This document shows positions 12,970-27,164 of a stretch of DNA of 64,000 nt, piece after piece. The notes under the pieces are model-generated. The model made no database searches. It saw nothing but the letters and a program-made list of their open reading frames with translations, and was not told where the DNA came from. Each line of letters opens with the position of its first letter. The stretch's first letter is position 1. Source of the DNA: Octopus sinensis (Eukaryota); assembly GCF_006345805.1 (NCBI RefSeq), contig NC_042997.1:120466001-120530000 (forward strand), in the 5' to 3' direction. A program made the position numbers and the translations under genes.

Positions 12970-13529
12970 CCTTGTTTTTACTATGTAAGCAACTAGTTAT
13001 ATTTGTACGTATGTATAATGTCTCATTCTCCCACTCTCTTTTATTCTTTCTGTCTTCGTGAATATATTACTGCGAGCGCTTGCGAGAGTGCGTGCATGTT
13101 CTTCTCCAAGTGCCAAACGGAAAGTTGCTAAACAGGTTGAATGTCTAGTCAATTGTGTCAAATCGTTAGGCACCCGAACAGCACCACCCAATCACCACAT
13201 TCCATTTGAAAACACAGTTTGATTTCTTTCTAACAATGCAATCTCAACTTAATGGTTTCGAGGTCGGGAAGCCGTGCTACACTGGGAAATCTACAACATA
13301 AAATCACAGATGATTCCTTTTACAGAATAAAAACATGGCATTTGAGTATCAAATTTTACTCCTCATTTTATTTATTTAGTTAGCTCGTTTAGTCAGAAGA
13401 CATTTGTTTCTGATGCTACACAACGGATCTGAATTACCACTCAAGTAACTGTTTCATTGACCTCTTAACTACACTGCCTTGTCACTCATTTAAAAATTAG
13501 GGACACGTAGGTAACAATATTTTTCAGCG

Positions 13530-13900
13530 GGGAAAGGCATTAGAATAACACTAGCATCTAACGATGAAAAGTGCTAGGGACCTAACGTTTTTAGAGAACG
13601 TTGACAGCATAGTCGAGGTCAGATGCTGGGACTTGTTTGTGGGTGGGTGAATGCCAATCAATGCTAAAGCTCTTCTCCGGATGCAGCAAGCTTGTCAAAG
13701 ATATGGAGCATTTGTGGATCACGGCAGAATGTTACTGAGCCTCAGCAAATGCTGGGGGCTGACATATGATCTTGAATATGAAGGCCAGTTCTTGAGATAG
13801 ATTCTTAGCAATGTTAACGAAAAGATTTTAGTCTTAGAGAAGCCAAAGATCTGAAGCACGCTTGCAGGAAGTAGATAACTGTCAAACGTGGTTATAGGGA
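13530..13900 (-). mobile_element. Decayed CR1/L2-group LINE RT C-terminal remnant
   Basis: Interrupted translation with SYVSPQHLL..., IRRRALALIG..., NVRSLALF resembles the L2/Crack-type post-RT region. Confidence 0.5.
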
Positions 13901-14615
13901 GTGTAATACAATGGTATTTTCTTGATATAAATAGCGCTTGACCAATTTTCCGTTAGATGAAAATACATTGCTATGGTCCTGTTGGGTGGTGCACTCCACT
14001 ATAAAGAAAGATAATTTTTTTCTTCCCACATAAGTAGTATGACATGTATTCATGTTTACAACACCCGTAGAATATGATTGAAGTTACCCCTGTACCATTT
14101 ACATCTGTACTAAATGCAAATCTTTCTTACTATGTAATTCCGAATGTATTGTGCTGTCTTAAGATGCCTATATTCTGACGTAGTGTGTATTTGTCTGTAT
14201 ACTACTTTAAATTAATTTGTTAGAGGTTGGCATGCAACATCCTTGAAAATGTTCAAGTACCCTAATGATGGCGGAATATAGAGGACAAATTTACTAAAAC
14301 AGAGACATTTTTCAAAGTAACTACATCAGAATGACATGCTCGAATATACAGATTGAAATTGACTTTAAATGTCAATGTCTATGGTAGTGAAGACAGCCAC
14401 TTACAATGACACCTTCAACGCACTGTAAGTGTGGAGGAAGTAGAAGCAGTGCTTTTGCCCAAGGCATCAACAAAATCTTTGCCGATATTTCACTTGCAGT
14501 TTATCGACCAAATGTTGTTGCTTAGGTACTTCACTTATCTCTCCTGTCTAGATCCCACTAAATGATATATCTATCTATGTATCTATCTATCTATTTATCT
14601 ATCTATATGCATATA

Positions 14616-14693
<78 letters not shown>

Positions 14694-14696
<3 letters not shown>

Positions 14697-14895
14697 TGAG
14701 CACCACCAGCAAATATTTTTTTTTTCCTCTGTCTTCCCTTCTCGGGATCTTTCCTTCTCCTTTGTTTCCGACGAATAGCTCCGCTCGAAACGTTAAACCC
14801 TCCTTCCCTTCTTTCATGAGCGTCGAATAATACTTTAATTGTTCCACGTCCTCGCGTTGCTGTGTTTGTTTCTGTGTTTTCTTGTTTGGATTAAC
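14694..14895 (+). mobile_element. Short PLE pseudo-LTR-like element between (TA)n tracts
   Basis: ~200-bp non-simple sequence flanked on both sides by (TA)n and containing an HHR-like motif. Confidence 0.55.
14764..14798 (+). ncRNA. Minimal type I hammerhead-like motif, variant core
   Basis: GTTT-CCGACGA-atAGC tcc GCTc-GAAA-C-GTT-AAAC: stem I GTTT/AAAC, U4C core variant, loopless palindromic stem III (AACGTT), one stem II mismatch. Confidence 0.6.
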
Positions 14896-17800
14896 TATAT
14901 ATATATATATCCTAATATTCTAAGCAATCTTTCCGTTATTCTTCTACATTGTTCCAAATTAATTTATAAACGATCGGTCGACTGATCCAACATCCTCTAG
15001 CAGCAAAGCAAACTCATCCTCCTCCCTACTTCTTATTCTTCCTCTCCTCCTCTCCTCGTCCAATCTTCCTTCTCCATCCTTCGTCTTCTTCTTCCTCCCC
15101 TCCTCCCTTCTTCTTCTTCATCCTCCTCCTCCTCCTAGGATCCATATTAGACCGTCGTTTATGTGTATTTTTCGCATTTTTGTATGCTGAATCTATTTCA
15201 ACCATTACTAAGCAATCTGTTCATGGAATTGTTAAATCATTGACCCTCCCTCATTCTTAGTTTCTCTGTCCAGTCAAATTAGAACTGAATTTTCCGTTTT
15301 GTGTATGAAACTATTTCAAAAATTAGATTTTATATTAAAAATGAAATAAATAGTAAAAATAGAATTTATTGGTGTCGGGAGACCTTTCTTTTTAATAAAT
15401 GAAATTGCGTTCATGATTACAAACAGTAAAAAATGATATATAAAGTCTGGGGTATGAATACTCTGAGGTAAATATTCAAAGTATATTTATCTGAAAATAC
15501 GAAGTCCTTTGCTTTGTTAGTCAACAAACTTTGAATAAAATGATAAAAATAACAATTATTGGCTGAAGTGTTTCTGTATTAATAGCGGTTGTATAAACTT
15601 GTTATATATTTCCAGAGTGTTTATTACATTTCAACTAAACAATTATTCCTACAATGTATATTGCATCCTGGTTTGAAGCTATTTTACTTCATTCATGAGA
15701 ATAGTGTTAGTGGAAAAGAAACGATCATGAAATATCATATCTTTCATTTTATTAAAATAAATGAGACTTGGTGCCCACTCAAAAAGAAATAATATTTTTA
15801 AGCCACAAATTATATTCTGAAATACCTTCCGTTAATCAGAATAGATTTTATTCTAGATTTTGCATTGAAAACTGAAGTAACAGACGTGTCAATGTTTCGT
15901 TAATTTAAAATAAACATTTTTTCTCATGATTTATGATTTTATACCATATTTTCTACCTGATATCTTGAAGAATATTGAAATATTTTTCGTGATTTTGAAT
16001 TATAATATAGAAGATTTTATCAGCTAATATTCAAAATTCATAGTTTTGCACATAAATTACCAGATCTCTATAGAGGTTTGTACGCATGCAAATTAGTATT
16101 TAATATTCCTATATGTTATAAGGGCAATGCAAAAAGATGCACCAAATATGATACTGTACTTAGATATTGCTTTCTACGTTCAAAGTTTCTTAACTCCATT
16201 CATGATATATTATTGTGGTCATGCACGGGAAAATGGACTTAAGACACCGAACATTGCCTGGTGGCGTACATTAGACATTAGAAAATATATCCTGACTGTA
16301 CTCCTGACAAGCTTAAGCTAATTCTTACATTAAGCGAATATTCTAGCAATAAATGTTCATGTTTTAAACCTCTATCCTCGCACTGGTCTATAGAATATTA
16401 GATCAGCTTAATGAAGTATACCTCCCAAAAATATTCAAGGTTTTATATTCATGTTAGAATTTAGTATTGTCATTATGAATTTTTAAAAAAACTTGTTGAG
16501 GCTCTTACGTAAATATGGTTAAATAGAAATATACTTCGTGAAAAAAACATACAACTGAGAAAGCCACAAACCGATAAATATACAAACAACGAAGTTGATA
16601 TGAAAAGAATACGATAATGCACATGTTAGAAGATTGGAAGGTGAGATAATTTTTAGGCCTAGCTCCCTTGCTCATATTTTGTTGTGTGTATCTCCATAAT
16701 TTTATGGCTTTTCCAGTTGTTAATAGTTATATCTTTATCTCTCTTCCCTTCTTTTCAAATCAAAGAAAATACTAAATAATATATGTTTTTTTTTATTTCT
16801 TAAATGAAATTAGATTAACCAATTTTAAGATAATTTCAAGTTATGACCTGCAGAAGAGTTCCGAGACTGGATGAACTAGTGCTATCGACGACTACCAGAG
16901 ACTTTAAGGACTACATATCAGGAAAAATGCAATTATAATGGGAATAAATGTATACATTTTCCAATCTTTGATAATGATTTCACAACATAGATAAAATAAA
17001 CTTAGAAGCGATTTTCCCCAAATAATTAGCACTCTCTCCTCTTCATTAGCAATTCTCAGTCATTCCATCATTTTCAATCACACTTTCTGAAGAACCTGCT
17101 ACTCTTCTAGCGAATTATAGCTCATTTGTGCAGCTGGTGTTTGGTCATACAGTATTACAAGAATACAATATGGCAGTTCTCCTCTATTTTGTTCGGTACA
17201 CTCCGTAACTTGTATATTGCAACTAAATGGGTTTTTCTGTCTTGTTTTTCTTCGTGTCCATTGTGCTGTGTCGCACAGGAGTTTTACTTTTTAGATTAGT
17301 ATTTGAATGGATAAATGAGAGATGATATCTGCTGCGATAGGGAACATTGAAGCATATACTATGTGTTAATCTTAGCTATTCTTTTGGTACAGAAATGTTG
17401 CCAAATCTGTAATGTTAAGAGCAACTAAGCGAATTGTCAGGGATTTTTTTCGGACTAACAGTACTAAAATTTGAGGAAATTTCCACGGAACATAGCTAGT
17501 ATTATTTTAAGGAGGTGAATAATACTGTTCAAGATAGGACTTTTGCACAGACGTCCTTGATAGTTGGTTTTGTATTTCTCCTTGCTTCATTAATATTCGC
17601 CTATGTTATTTGCAGATATGGCTTAGCATTTGTACTGGCGTTTACGCCTCGGCATCCGTTTTAAAGACAGCATATGGATCCATAACTTTACGGTCACAGC
17701 AAAAAAACGGTTAATTTCTTTTGTAGCAAGTGCTTTGTCCACCAATTTCTCGGATGCGACAAATATAAGCTCAACAGTCTGGTAGAAAACAAGTACATTA

Positions 17801-19039
17801 AGATCGAATCATTTCTTACTTGAAAGTATAATTGTAAACGGTGAAGATTTTTTAGCATTGTCGACGCTTCCATTGACCTAACATGTCTGCTGTATGTCTG
17901 TTGTAGCTGTTGTTTTCAAATGTATCGCCTGTAGTGCTATGTTTTCAACTTTTCTGAAATGTCATTATTTTTCTTCATTTTATAATTTTTTACGTATATA
18001 TTGATACATTATTTACATTTTGTGAATTTTTTGTTTGTTTACTGTTTTACTCTGTTCAATGTAATCTCTTCTGGGAGGCGGCTCTCATATAGTTGGAAGC
18101 CATTATTGACGTGAAGTTATACTGTGAAGCAAACAAACATGAAATTATTAAAATATTGACCTTATGGTTTATAATTGTACTTACCCTAGAGAAAATGGTC
18201 GTTTTTTATTACCATTTTTATTTCACCGCAAACATTAATGATAATAAAGGTAAACAATAAGAAGAGCACGGTACGGTTCGGAATAGAGACTGGGTTTGTT
18301 TATTGAGCTGAACAAATGAAACAATATTTCGACAGATTGTCTGTCTTGTTCGGGTTCAAAATGTAAAATGATAAAACAAAAACGCAGAGAAAAAAAAATT
18401 AAATTGTAAAGGAGAATGTCTTGCAACCCTTTTTAGCAAAAATGCCATCTCTAGTTTTCCCTTTTTCATAACGGGTAAAAGGAAAAAGGAATAAAATTAA
18501 AGAAAACGAAATAAAAAAAAAAACAGAAGGGAAAGAGGACACTTTCATCAATGTATTGTGTTCCTTGTATGAAATAGGGAACGATAATGAAAAGTGATTT
18601 TCAATATTACAATTGGTTACATAGATTTGATTCAGGAACGATATTTTACCGTGTGAAATGCTGGCTTCACCTATACACATGCATTGTAAACTGAACAGAC
18701 ATTCTTGATGTAATCGTAGTAAAAATATATTTAATCAACTACTTCAACAAAGTGACACTATTTCATCCCATACTAAATGAATGACATAGACCTTCATTGG
18801 TTGAAATCATGACTGATGACAAACCAGAGAATGCTCAGCTCATTAGTCGGGTATAGAATATATTAAAGATGTTAGTAATGTAAGTGGAAGATATAAAGTG
18901 AGTGATAAAACATTAAACTATAATATTAAAAAAGTGAACGAAACTATATTATGGAAGATACCCGATTGTGGAGGTGGTAAGGCGACCGAAACTTTGGAGA
19001 GAGTATTAAAACAACCTAAACGAGATAGTAATCCGAATA

Positions 19040-19900
19040 CAGACAAACCTACAGGATATTAAAAAAAAATCGGCAATGCAAAAAGAAAGAAAGAACTAAA
19101 AGAAATTGACAATGTGATTGCGAGTGTGCCACTTATATTTCGCCTGGCAGTAAATGGCTTATACAAGTGTAAGTGTATAAAAAATAGCGTTGGCTACAAA
19201 GCAGGTAAACCAGAAATGAACAGAAAGATACTTTGGTGGAATAAATGGACAGAAAATGCTATCAGGATATTGAGAATGGACGGCTGTCAAGTACAACTTT
19301 TTTTATATGGAAGCGCTGTGAAAAGCGGAAGTCTCGTTAAAATAGAGAAAAGAATGGAGAGAAAGAACTTTAGAACTAAAATGGTCCGGCAAATAAAATC
19401 GGTAAAATTAGCCAAGTTAAAAGGATATAAGTATAGAAAAGAAGAATTTCAGCAGGAGAGATAGTTGCAAAAGAATTAAAACAATTGAATATATGGAGGA
19501 CACAAATGTGACATAGGGAAGCATAAAATTTGGAGTGTTCCATGGAGAAGGAAAGATGTAGTCAATGAGAGACTTGGATGGTTCGAAGGCACAGAAATTG
19601 AATTAAAAGAAGTGAAAATAATGTTGAGTTGGTAGACATTTAGGAACTCATTGAGACCGCGCTAGTAAATAATCTAATCGGAAGAGACCTATATGGAAGT
19701 TCTGGTATATTTTGGGCAGAGCAACATTCTCGCAATTACTGATAAATTTCCCTGGTAGAATTATCACAAATAGGGTGACTAATGCTAAAACACAGTTTCT
19801 TATGGAAAAAGAAATCAGAAAGATCTTGAGGTCTTTAGCAGTAGTACTAAAGAAAGTGTTTAGAATATGTTTGAGGATTAGAACAATACCTATGTAGAAG
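19040..19900 (+). mobile_element. Highly decayed R4/NeSL-like (RLE) non-LTR ORF remnant
   Basis: Purine-rich broken frames giving KELKEIDNVIASVP, KILWWNKW, KLAKLKGYKYRKEEFQQER, SVPWRRKD and PGRIITNRVTNAKTQFLMEK, recalling the pre-RT region of R4-like elements. Confidence 0.4.
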
Positions 19901-22539
19901 AATAAAACTTATTTTAAAATGAACAAGAGCAAGGACGTCATAGAATTTCTAAGGCAACAGGATCCAAAATATTAATCAATTGAAAGATCAAAGGAAATTA
20001 GAAGAGGAGACCAACTGGTTCAGTGACGGAGTAAATACATAGCAAATATGCATATGGCATAGTGTTCTCTCGATTTTCAAGACACTCGAATTTTTCAAAC
20101 GTGCAACTAGCATCATAGAACTGATGTCCCTCCAGGGAACACGATATTTTCTTCGAATACCTACAGAGACTGCAACTTGATGTGTTTGGTAAGATACATC
20201 GTTCCAGCCCTTACAAATCACTCCAACACAATTTGAGGAACAGAGCTTTGCTATTTGCGTTGAAGTGCTAGTTCTCATTTGCTACAGCGCAAATTACATT
20301 TAATTAGCTGCACAATTGCGTCATGAGGTCTACGAAAACTTTTCCATTGCTCGAATGACTGGATTTTCTGTAGTCTTACACCACTGTGTGAATTATATGC
20401 AATAGGCGAGATCTTTTAGGGGAGGCCTTTAATTTGTAGCCTCAGCTACATGTTTATGTAGCTAGGGACACATTTTACAGGCATATTCTTTTAATCTCTT
20501 ATCTTTGGTTACCTTACTTTCGTATAACACTAATAAGCAACGATCTGAAGGTGAAATTTTCTGGCTCATACTAATAATTCTATAATCTTATTCCCTAGGC
20601 ATATGTAGATAAATCAGAGTACTTTTCATTTGCGAATATGAGAGTGGATTTCCACTGCAAGTGAGATGACTTGAAGCCTCTCGTTAACATTCCCTGCTAA
20701 ATGCTTGGCATTCGTAATACGAAGGATACCTATGTATATTTCTCTAAAGCACATTTCTTTCGTGTTTTAATTACTCATCTATTTTTAGCAAACGCACAAT
20801 TATAATTTACCATTTTTCTGTTTGTAAATTCCAGTTCTCAAGTCACTGCAAAGGAAGCCCTAATGTTGATTCTCCGGAAGAGAAATTCCGCTTATGATGG
20901 CCAATTGGTTTTCTTCCAGAGAGGTAAATTCAAATATTCTACGTGTTACATATTAGAACTGGCAGTTTCTATAATAGCGGTACAGATCCCATCCATATAT
21001 TTACCGCTTTTGCTGCGTTTTTTTTTTGTCCTTTTCCTTTTTTTTCTAGTACCGCAGCAAATACATTAATGTTAGTTGCGGTGGCGGTGGATGTAGAGGA
21101 AAATATAATTCTTTATGAAATTAAAGTAATGTGTCGGGGAACGGCTTGACAAATTGTTTTTGGTGAAAGAACAAAGATGGCGGATGTTTTGGTTTCCTGA
21201 TATTTAGGTGGCGTCCAATGAGCGTTTGTATTTGATAAAATATTGTTTCCTTTAGAAGAGTAGTCTATCTTGGAATCTTCGTGAACGTTTGATCTCATTA
21301 TTGTAACGTCTGCTTGTTACTAAAATTTCATGGCTGTTGTTCTAGCTCCAGTGTATTTTATTGCAGAAATCCATTAAGTTGTTTTCCTGCTTTGCAGGAC
21401 ACAAACCACATCTCTCCTACCTCCTCCAAGTTGAACAATTTAGAAATATCACTGTATGTTGTCATGTTCTGTAAATATCTGCGTCTCCGTTAGCGTTCCC
21501 GCCAAATTATGATGTGTTATGAAATTAAGGTGCATGACATCCAATTATTATTTGGCCCTATCATATTCTGGAATGCTTTCGTTATATTCTTGTTATTTTT
21601 ACAGTGTCACTTACCAAAGGGAGGGGCTTGGCCACACATTCTTCGTTTTCTTTTATTCTTTTACTTGTTTCAATCATTTGACTGAGGCTATGCTGCAGCA
21701 CCGTCTTTAGTGGAACAAATCGAACCCTGGGCTTAATAATTTTAAGCTTAGTACTTATCCTATCGTCCACATTTTTCCGAACCGCTTTATGTAAATTTTG
21801 AGGTAAACCTTGAGGCAATTTCCCACCGGGTGAGTGTAAGGGATGTTCCGATGAAAAACAAGAAAGCAAATCTATCGAAAATTTGATAAAACGAAATTTA
21901 AATTTGAATCAAATTAAGTGGAATTAAGTGAGTCTGGTATTTTTTCCAGCTTAGATAATATCTGCTAATAAGCTTCGGTCTCAATGGACCGTCTCGGTAA
22001 AGTATAATAAAAGACAAAAAACGCTGCCTAATCACAATACAAATAAGCTAGATTATATAGTTTAGCTAAAAAATATGAACTAATTCTTAGATAATTTAAA
22101 ATACTATCACTGGAAATACCCTAGAGTGACTACTTTGTGGAGAGCATATTATTACGTTCAGATGATAGTAACTAAATGGCCAACGAAAAGCAATTTACAA
22201 TTATTTGAAATTAATACTAATCGGAAATTCTTTAGCGTTACATACAATTATTCTCGCTAGTGTCGAAAGGAGGCAACAGAAAAAATTAATTTGACCAACA
22301 ACAAAATTATATTTTTGAACGGCGGAAAATGCTTGAGCCTCCGGATATCTGTGTAAAGGAATAATGTTCGTAGTTATAATGCTAGTTACCTGAGGACAAA
22401 CCATGTCTGGAGCATAATTTAATTCCAAGTTTGGTGAACAATTCTTTTGAAGTTTTCTTCCTTGATTTGTTTCAAAATAATGTTAGTTAGACTCATATAA
22501 AAGTGTTGTGTTTAGTATAGCCACAATATACAGACCGAT

Positions 22540-23117
22540 AGCTGGCGGAAACGTTAGCACGCCGGGCGAAATGTTGAGCGGTATTTCGTCTGCCGTTACG
22601 TCCTGAGTTCCGCCGACGTCGACTTTGACTTTCATCCTTTCGGGGTCGATAAATTAAGTACCAGTTACGCACTGGGGTCGATATAATCTGCTTAATCCGT
22701 CTGTCTGTCCTTGTTTGTCTCCTCTGTGTTTAGCCCCTTGTGGGTAGTAAAGAAATAGGTATTTCGCCTGCCGTTACGTTCTGAATTTAAATTCCGCGTA
22801 GGTCGACTTTGCCTTTCATACAGTCAATAAGTCCATTAAATAAGTACCAGTTACGCATTGGGGTCGATATAATCGACTTAATCCGTTTGTCTGTCTCTGT
22901 GTGTAGCCGCTTGTGGGCAGTAAAGAAATACGAAATATTAGCACACCGGGTGAAATGCTTAGCGGTATTTCGTCTGCCGATACGTTCGGAGTTCAAATTT
23001 CGCCGAGGTCGACTTTGCCTTTCATCCTTTCGGGGTCGATTAAGCAAGTACCAGTTACACACTTTGTGTGTCTTTGTCCCATCTATGTTTCGCCCCTTGT
23101 AGGCAATAAAGAAATAA
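22540..23117 (+). mobile_element. SINE family A tandem or compound array
   Basis: Head, two body units, then a second head near 22935 and another body. Confidence 0.9.
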
Positions 23118-23626
23118 ATATACGGATCAATATTTAAACCCCGATATGTATTGATATGTGTAATGCTAGTTAGCACGTGTTAATGTAACATTTTCCACCA
23201 ACAAATAATTATGGTAGAGCAACAGTTGTATTGTTAAAATTGTCTTATGTACTTCAAGAAACTTGGCTGAAATTATAGAAGGGCATAATACAATTTAGTT
23301 AAGAGAGATTGTTGAATGGATTTATCCATACTATTTAATACTGATAATAGGAATGCTACTAGCAGAAATAATTATAATGGTAATAATATTAATAACAGTG
23401 GAATGGTGATGGTACTAATACAAATGATGACGGAATACAGCGATACTAATAAACATAGCAATAATAATCTGTCCTACACACAGTTAGCTCATCATTTTTC
23501 AGTACATTCGTTTACTTATGAATCTCGCTTGAAATCGAGGAATATAAATTCGAGGAATTTAAATTCCGCGTAGGTCGACTTTGCCTTTCATACAGTCAAT
23601 AAGTCCATTAAATAAGTCCATTAAAT

Positions 23627-23629
<3 letters not shown>

Positions 23630-23697
<68 letters not shown>

Positions 23698-23713
23698 TAA
23701 TAATAATAATAAT

Positions 23714-23785
<72 letters not shown>

Positions 23786-23880
23786 CATTATTATTATTAT
23801 TAATTATTATTAATTATTATTATTATAATTATAATTATTATTATTATTATTATTATAATTATTAAATTATGATGATGATA
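23630..23880. repeat. (TA)n then (TAA)n switching to (TTA)n
   Basis: Direct; the two trinucleotide tracts are mutually complementary. Confidence 0.95.
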
Positions 23881-23977
23881 TACTATCATAGTTATTATTG
23901 TACTAATAGCCTTCCATAGTCGCATTCTCTCCCTAACATTTAAAGCCTTCGCGTTTGTTTATAGATATTCGTTTCAA

Positions 23978-24533
23978 ATCTATTGACAAGGACAGACATT
24001 TTGGGGGAGGAGGCCAGTCGATTAGATCGACCCCAGTACGCAGTTGGTACTTAATTTATCGACCGGGAAAGGATGAAAGGCAAAATTCGACCTCGGCAGA
24101 ATTTGAACTCAGAACACAAAGAGAGAAGAAATACCTATTTATTTACTACCCACCAGGGGCTAAATACAGAGAGGACAAACAAGGACAGACAAACGGATTA
24201 AGTCGATTATATCAACCCAGTGCGTAATTGATATTTATTTAATCGACCCCGAAAGGATGAAAGGCAAAGTCGACCTCGGCGAAATTTGAACACAGAACGT
24301 AACGGCAGAAGAAATACCGCTAAGCATTTCGCCCAGCGTGCTAACTCAATAACTAATATTCTTTTCTAATCTAGGCACAAGGGTCGAAACTTTAGGGGAG
24401 AGGGCCAGTCGATTAGATCGACCCCATTGCGCAACTGGAAATTAATTTATCAACCCCAAAAGTATGAAAGGCAAAGTCGATCTCGGTGGAATTTGCGCCC
24501 AGAACGTAGAGACAGACGAAATACCGCTAAGCA
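23978..24533 (-). mobile_element. SINE family A copies, tandem and adjacent
   Basis: Repeated gaaaggatgaaaggcaaagtcgacctcggc, aatttgaac and gaaataccgctaagca. Confidence 0.9.
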
Positions 24534-25129
24534 TACCGAATATTAACAATGGAATGAGAGCATTTCAAACGAAACATCTCTTAATAAGTGGCTTAACGGC
24601 TTCTGTAATTGTAAAAATTATCTTCAATGTTCACTGTATAGCAAACTCTTAAGAAAGGACTTAGTATGTAAGTGTTCTGTAACAACAGGAGAATGTACTT
24701 AGTATTATATAGGTGCCTAAGGAACTAACTTGAAGTTGAGATTATACATTCCTGTATTTCGTTAAACTTAGTAAAATAAAGTTTCATTTCTTTAAGTGAA
24801 TTCCTATGGACCTTAAGGCAAGGAATGTTAGGTACGATATTAAATGTACAATAAGTACTCCACAACCTTATAACCGTATTAAATAAAACCATATTAAATA
24901 AAAGAAATGAATTAATGTTAACATATTCAGACTTATTTAGAAGAACACTCTTTCAAAACCTCCCTAATATTGGTGCATCCACATATAGTAAGTTAGCCCT
25001 CTTTGTTAAGCATACAGAGTTTGGTGAACTGAATATGCTTAACATACTGAAAAGAGATATTCATTTCATTAAAATATTTCTACTTAACTTTCTAATTATT
25101 AGTTTCAAATGTTGACAAAAGACCAACGA

Positions 25130-25430
25130 TGTCAGGGGGAGTGAACAACTCGACCCTATTACTCAACTGGTATTTATATGACTCAACAGGTATTTATATT
25201 ACTCAACTAGTATTTATTTTACTCAATTGGTATTTATATTATTCAACTAGTATATATTTTACGCTACTGGTATTTATTTTACTCAACTGCTATATATTAC
25301 TCAGCTGGTATTTATTTGACTCAAGTAGTATTTCACTTACACAACTGCTATTTATTTTACTCTGCCGCTATTTAAAAATGAAAGGCAGATTTGACCACGA
25401 CAGAATTTGAACTCAGTTAGTAAAGATGGA
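25130..25430 (-). mobile_element. SINE family A derivative with an internal 20-bp minisatellite (25160-25374)
   Basis: SINE-like flanks (tcgaccc; atgaaaggcagatttgacc...aatttgaactcag) around ~11 copies of tactcaactggtatttattt. Confidence 0.75.
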
Positions 25431-25440
25431 TGAAAGGCTA

Positions 25441-25483
<43 letters not shown>

Positions 25484-25490
25484 GCTACTG

Positions 25491-25540
<50 letters not shown>

Positions 25541-25560
25541 ACTGCTGCTGCTGTTGTTGT
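25441..25560. repeat. (ACT)n-(GCT)n-(GTT)n trinucleotide tract
   Basis: Direct. Confidence 0.95.
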
Positions 25561-26721
25561 TAAACAACAAGATAGGTAAGGGTGATTAGGTGATTGTCTA
25601 TGGCTCAGGGGCGGGAGACCCCTGTCCTTGGAAAAAAAAAACTTTGGTCGTCTTGTTGTCGAGGGCGCTTCGTTGACGCCCGTCACCACTGGGAGGTGGG
25701 CCTCGAAGTCGCTGGAAATAGAGATCTCCAGGTCCAAATTCTTGAACGGCTGCTACTGCTGTTGCTGTTGCTGCTTGTAGTAGAGTTCTTATGTAAGATT
25801 TTGTATTACAATGCATTTCCAAAGTTGTTCTACTTTATCTTGGATGAAAACAACCAACCGACACAATAATTAACTGTAAAATTCTGCCTTGGCTATTGAT
25901 CATTGGAACAAAAGTGGAAATGTCCTTCAGTCTAGTAAAACGGGAAATCACTACGGGCTTAATTCCAAGGTTTGAGAATTTATTGGTGTTTCAATCATTG
26001 TTAATAAGCGTATTTTAATTTGTTCAACCACCAATTCGTGAAAATACGTTAAACTATTCGTGCTATATCACTAATTTACAATTGTGGATGAAATACTTTC
26101 CTGATGAAATGATTTAATGAATACACAGCAGGCAACCGCAATAATATTCGCTTCTCAAATTGGCATAGGCGATTTATTGTACTCAAATGGAGATTTCAGA
26201 AAAGATCTCTAGAAATTCATTTGTATTGAGAAGTGTTACGTTTAACATAACACGTGACAATTTAACTAACGAGATAGTTCATGAAATCTATTTTTGATTA
26301 CTTGAAGTTGTTACAGATTCCATATTCAAGTTAGTAAATGAATGAAATAACATATCTGCGATAACAAGGTGCGGCGCTATTAATTAAAATAACTACATAA
26401 GTAATGGAATATTTTTTAGCAGGAATGCATCCTTTTGAATAAATCACCTTCACTGACCAGTCCGCCGGGCCTTCAATTGGACACCGCTGGTTACAGCACG
26501 CTGTCCACTCCTCTCTGGATCGTTCCTTTCTCATCCACGTGGTCCCAATCACATTTTGAATAAATATCACATAGAAATAGAGAATGTTCCCATTACTCGT
26601 AGAGGAAGCCCTATATGATATCAAGCATTAATTGATAGCAAGAATTTTACTCGCTCACGGATCATGAAGATTTACTATTAAAAAAAGCGAAATTCTTGTG
26701 ATGAAGGAAAATATGCGATGT

Positions 26722-26770
<49 letters not shown>

Positions 26771-26773
<3 letters not shown>

Positions 26774-27164
26774 TTTATCTTTTACTTGTTTCAGTCATCT
26801 GACTGCGGCCATGCTGGAGCACCACCATTTAGTCGAGCAAATTGATCCCAAGACTTATTCGTTGTACGCATAGTACTTACTTATTCTATCGGCCTTTTTT
26901 GCCGAACCGCTATGTTACGGGGGTGTAAACACACCGGCATACACACACACGCACACACACACACACACACCCACACATATATATATTTACATATATATAT
27001 ACGACGGGCTTCTCTCAGTTTCCGTCTACCAAATCCACTCACAAGGCATTGGTCGGCCCGAGGCTATAATAGAAGACACCTGCCCAAGGTGCCACGCAGT
27101 GGGACTGAACCCAAAACCATGTGGCTGGTAAGCAAGCTACTTACCACACAGCCACTCCTACGCC
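26771..27164 (-). mobile_element. Full-length SINE family B with an internal (CA)/(TA) tract
   Basis: Tail tcttttacttgtttcagtca, body, and head agcaagctacttaccacacagccactcctacgcc. Confidence 0.92.

Noticed and set aside
17600-17860. Possible piggyBac-like remnant on the minus strand (IHMLSLKRM)
   Set aside because: A single short motif resemblance is not enough without a search.
19988-20278. 96-aa minus-strand ORF
   Set aside because: No recognisable motifs or convincing splice context.
21174-21219. YY1-like AAGATGGCGG and CCAAT as a promoter
   Set aside because: Two short motifs with no associated exon or CpG island can arise by chance.
25160-25374. CRISPR-like reading of the 20-bp repeats
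   Set aside because: The units are contiguous with no unique spacers, the context is eukaryotic, and the unit derives from a SINE.
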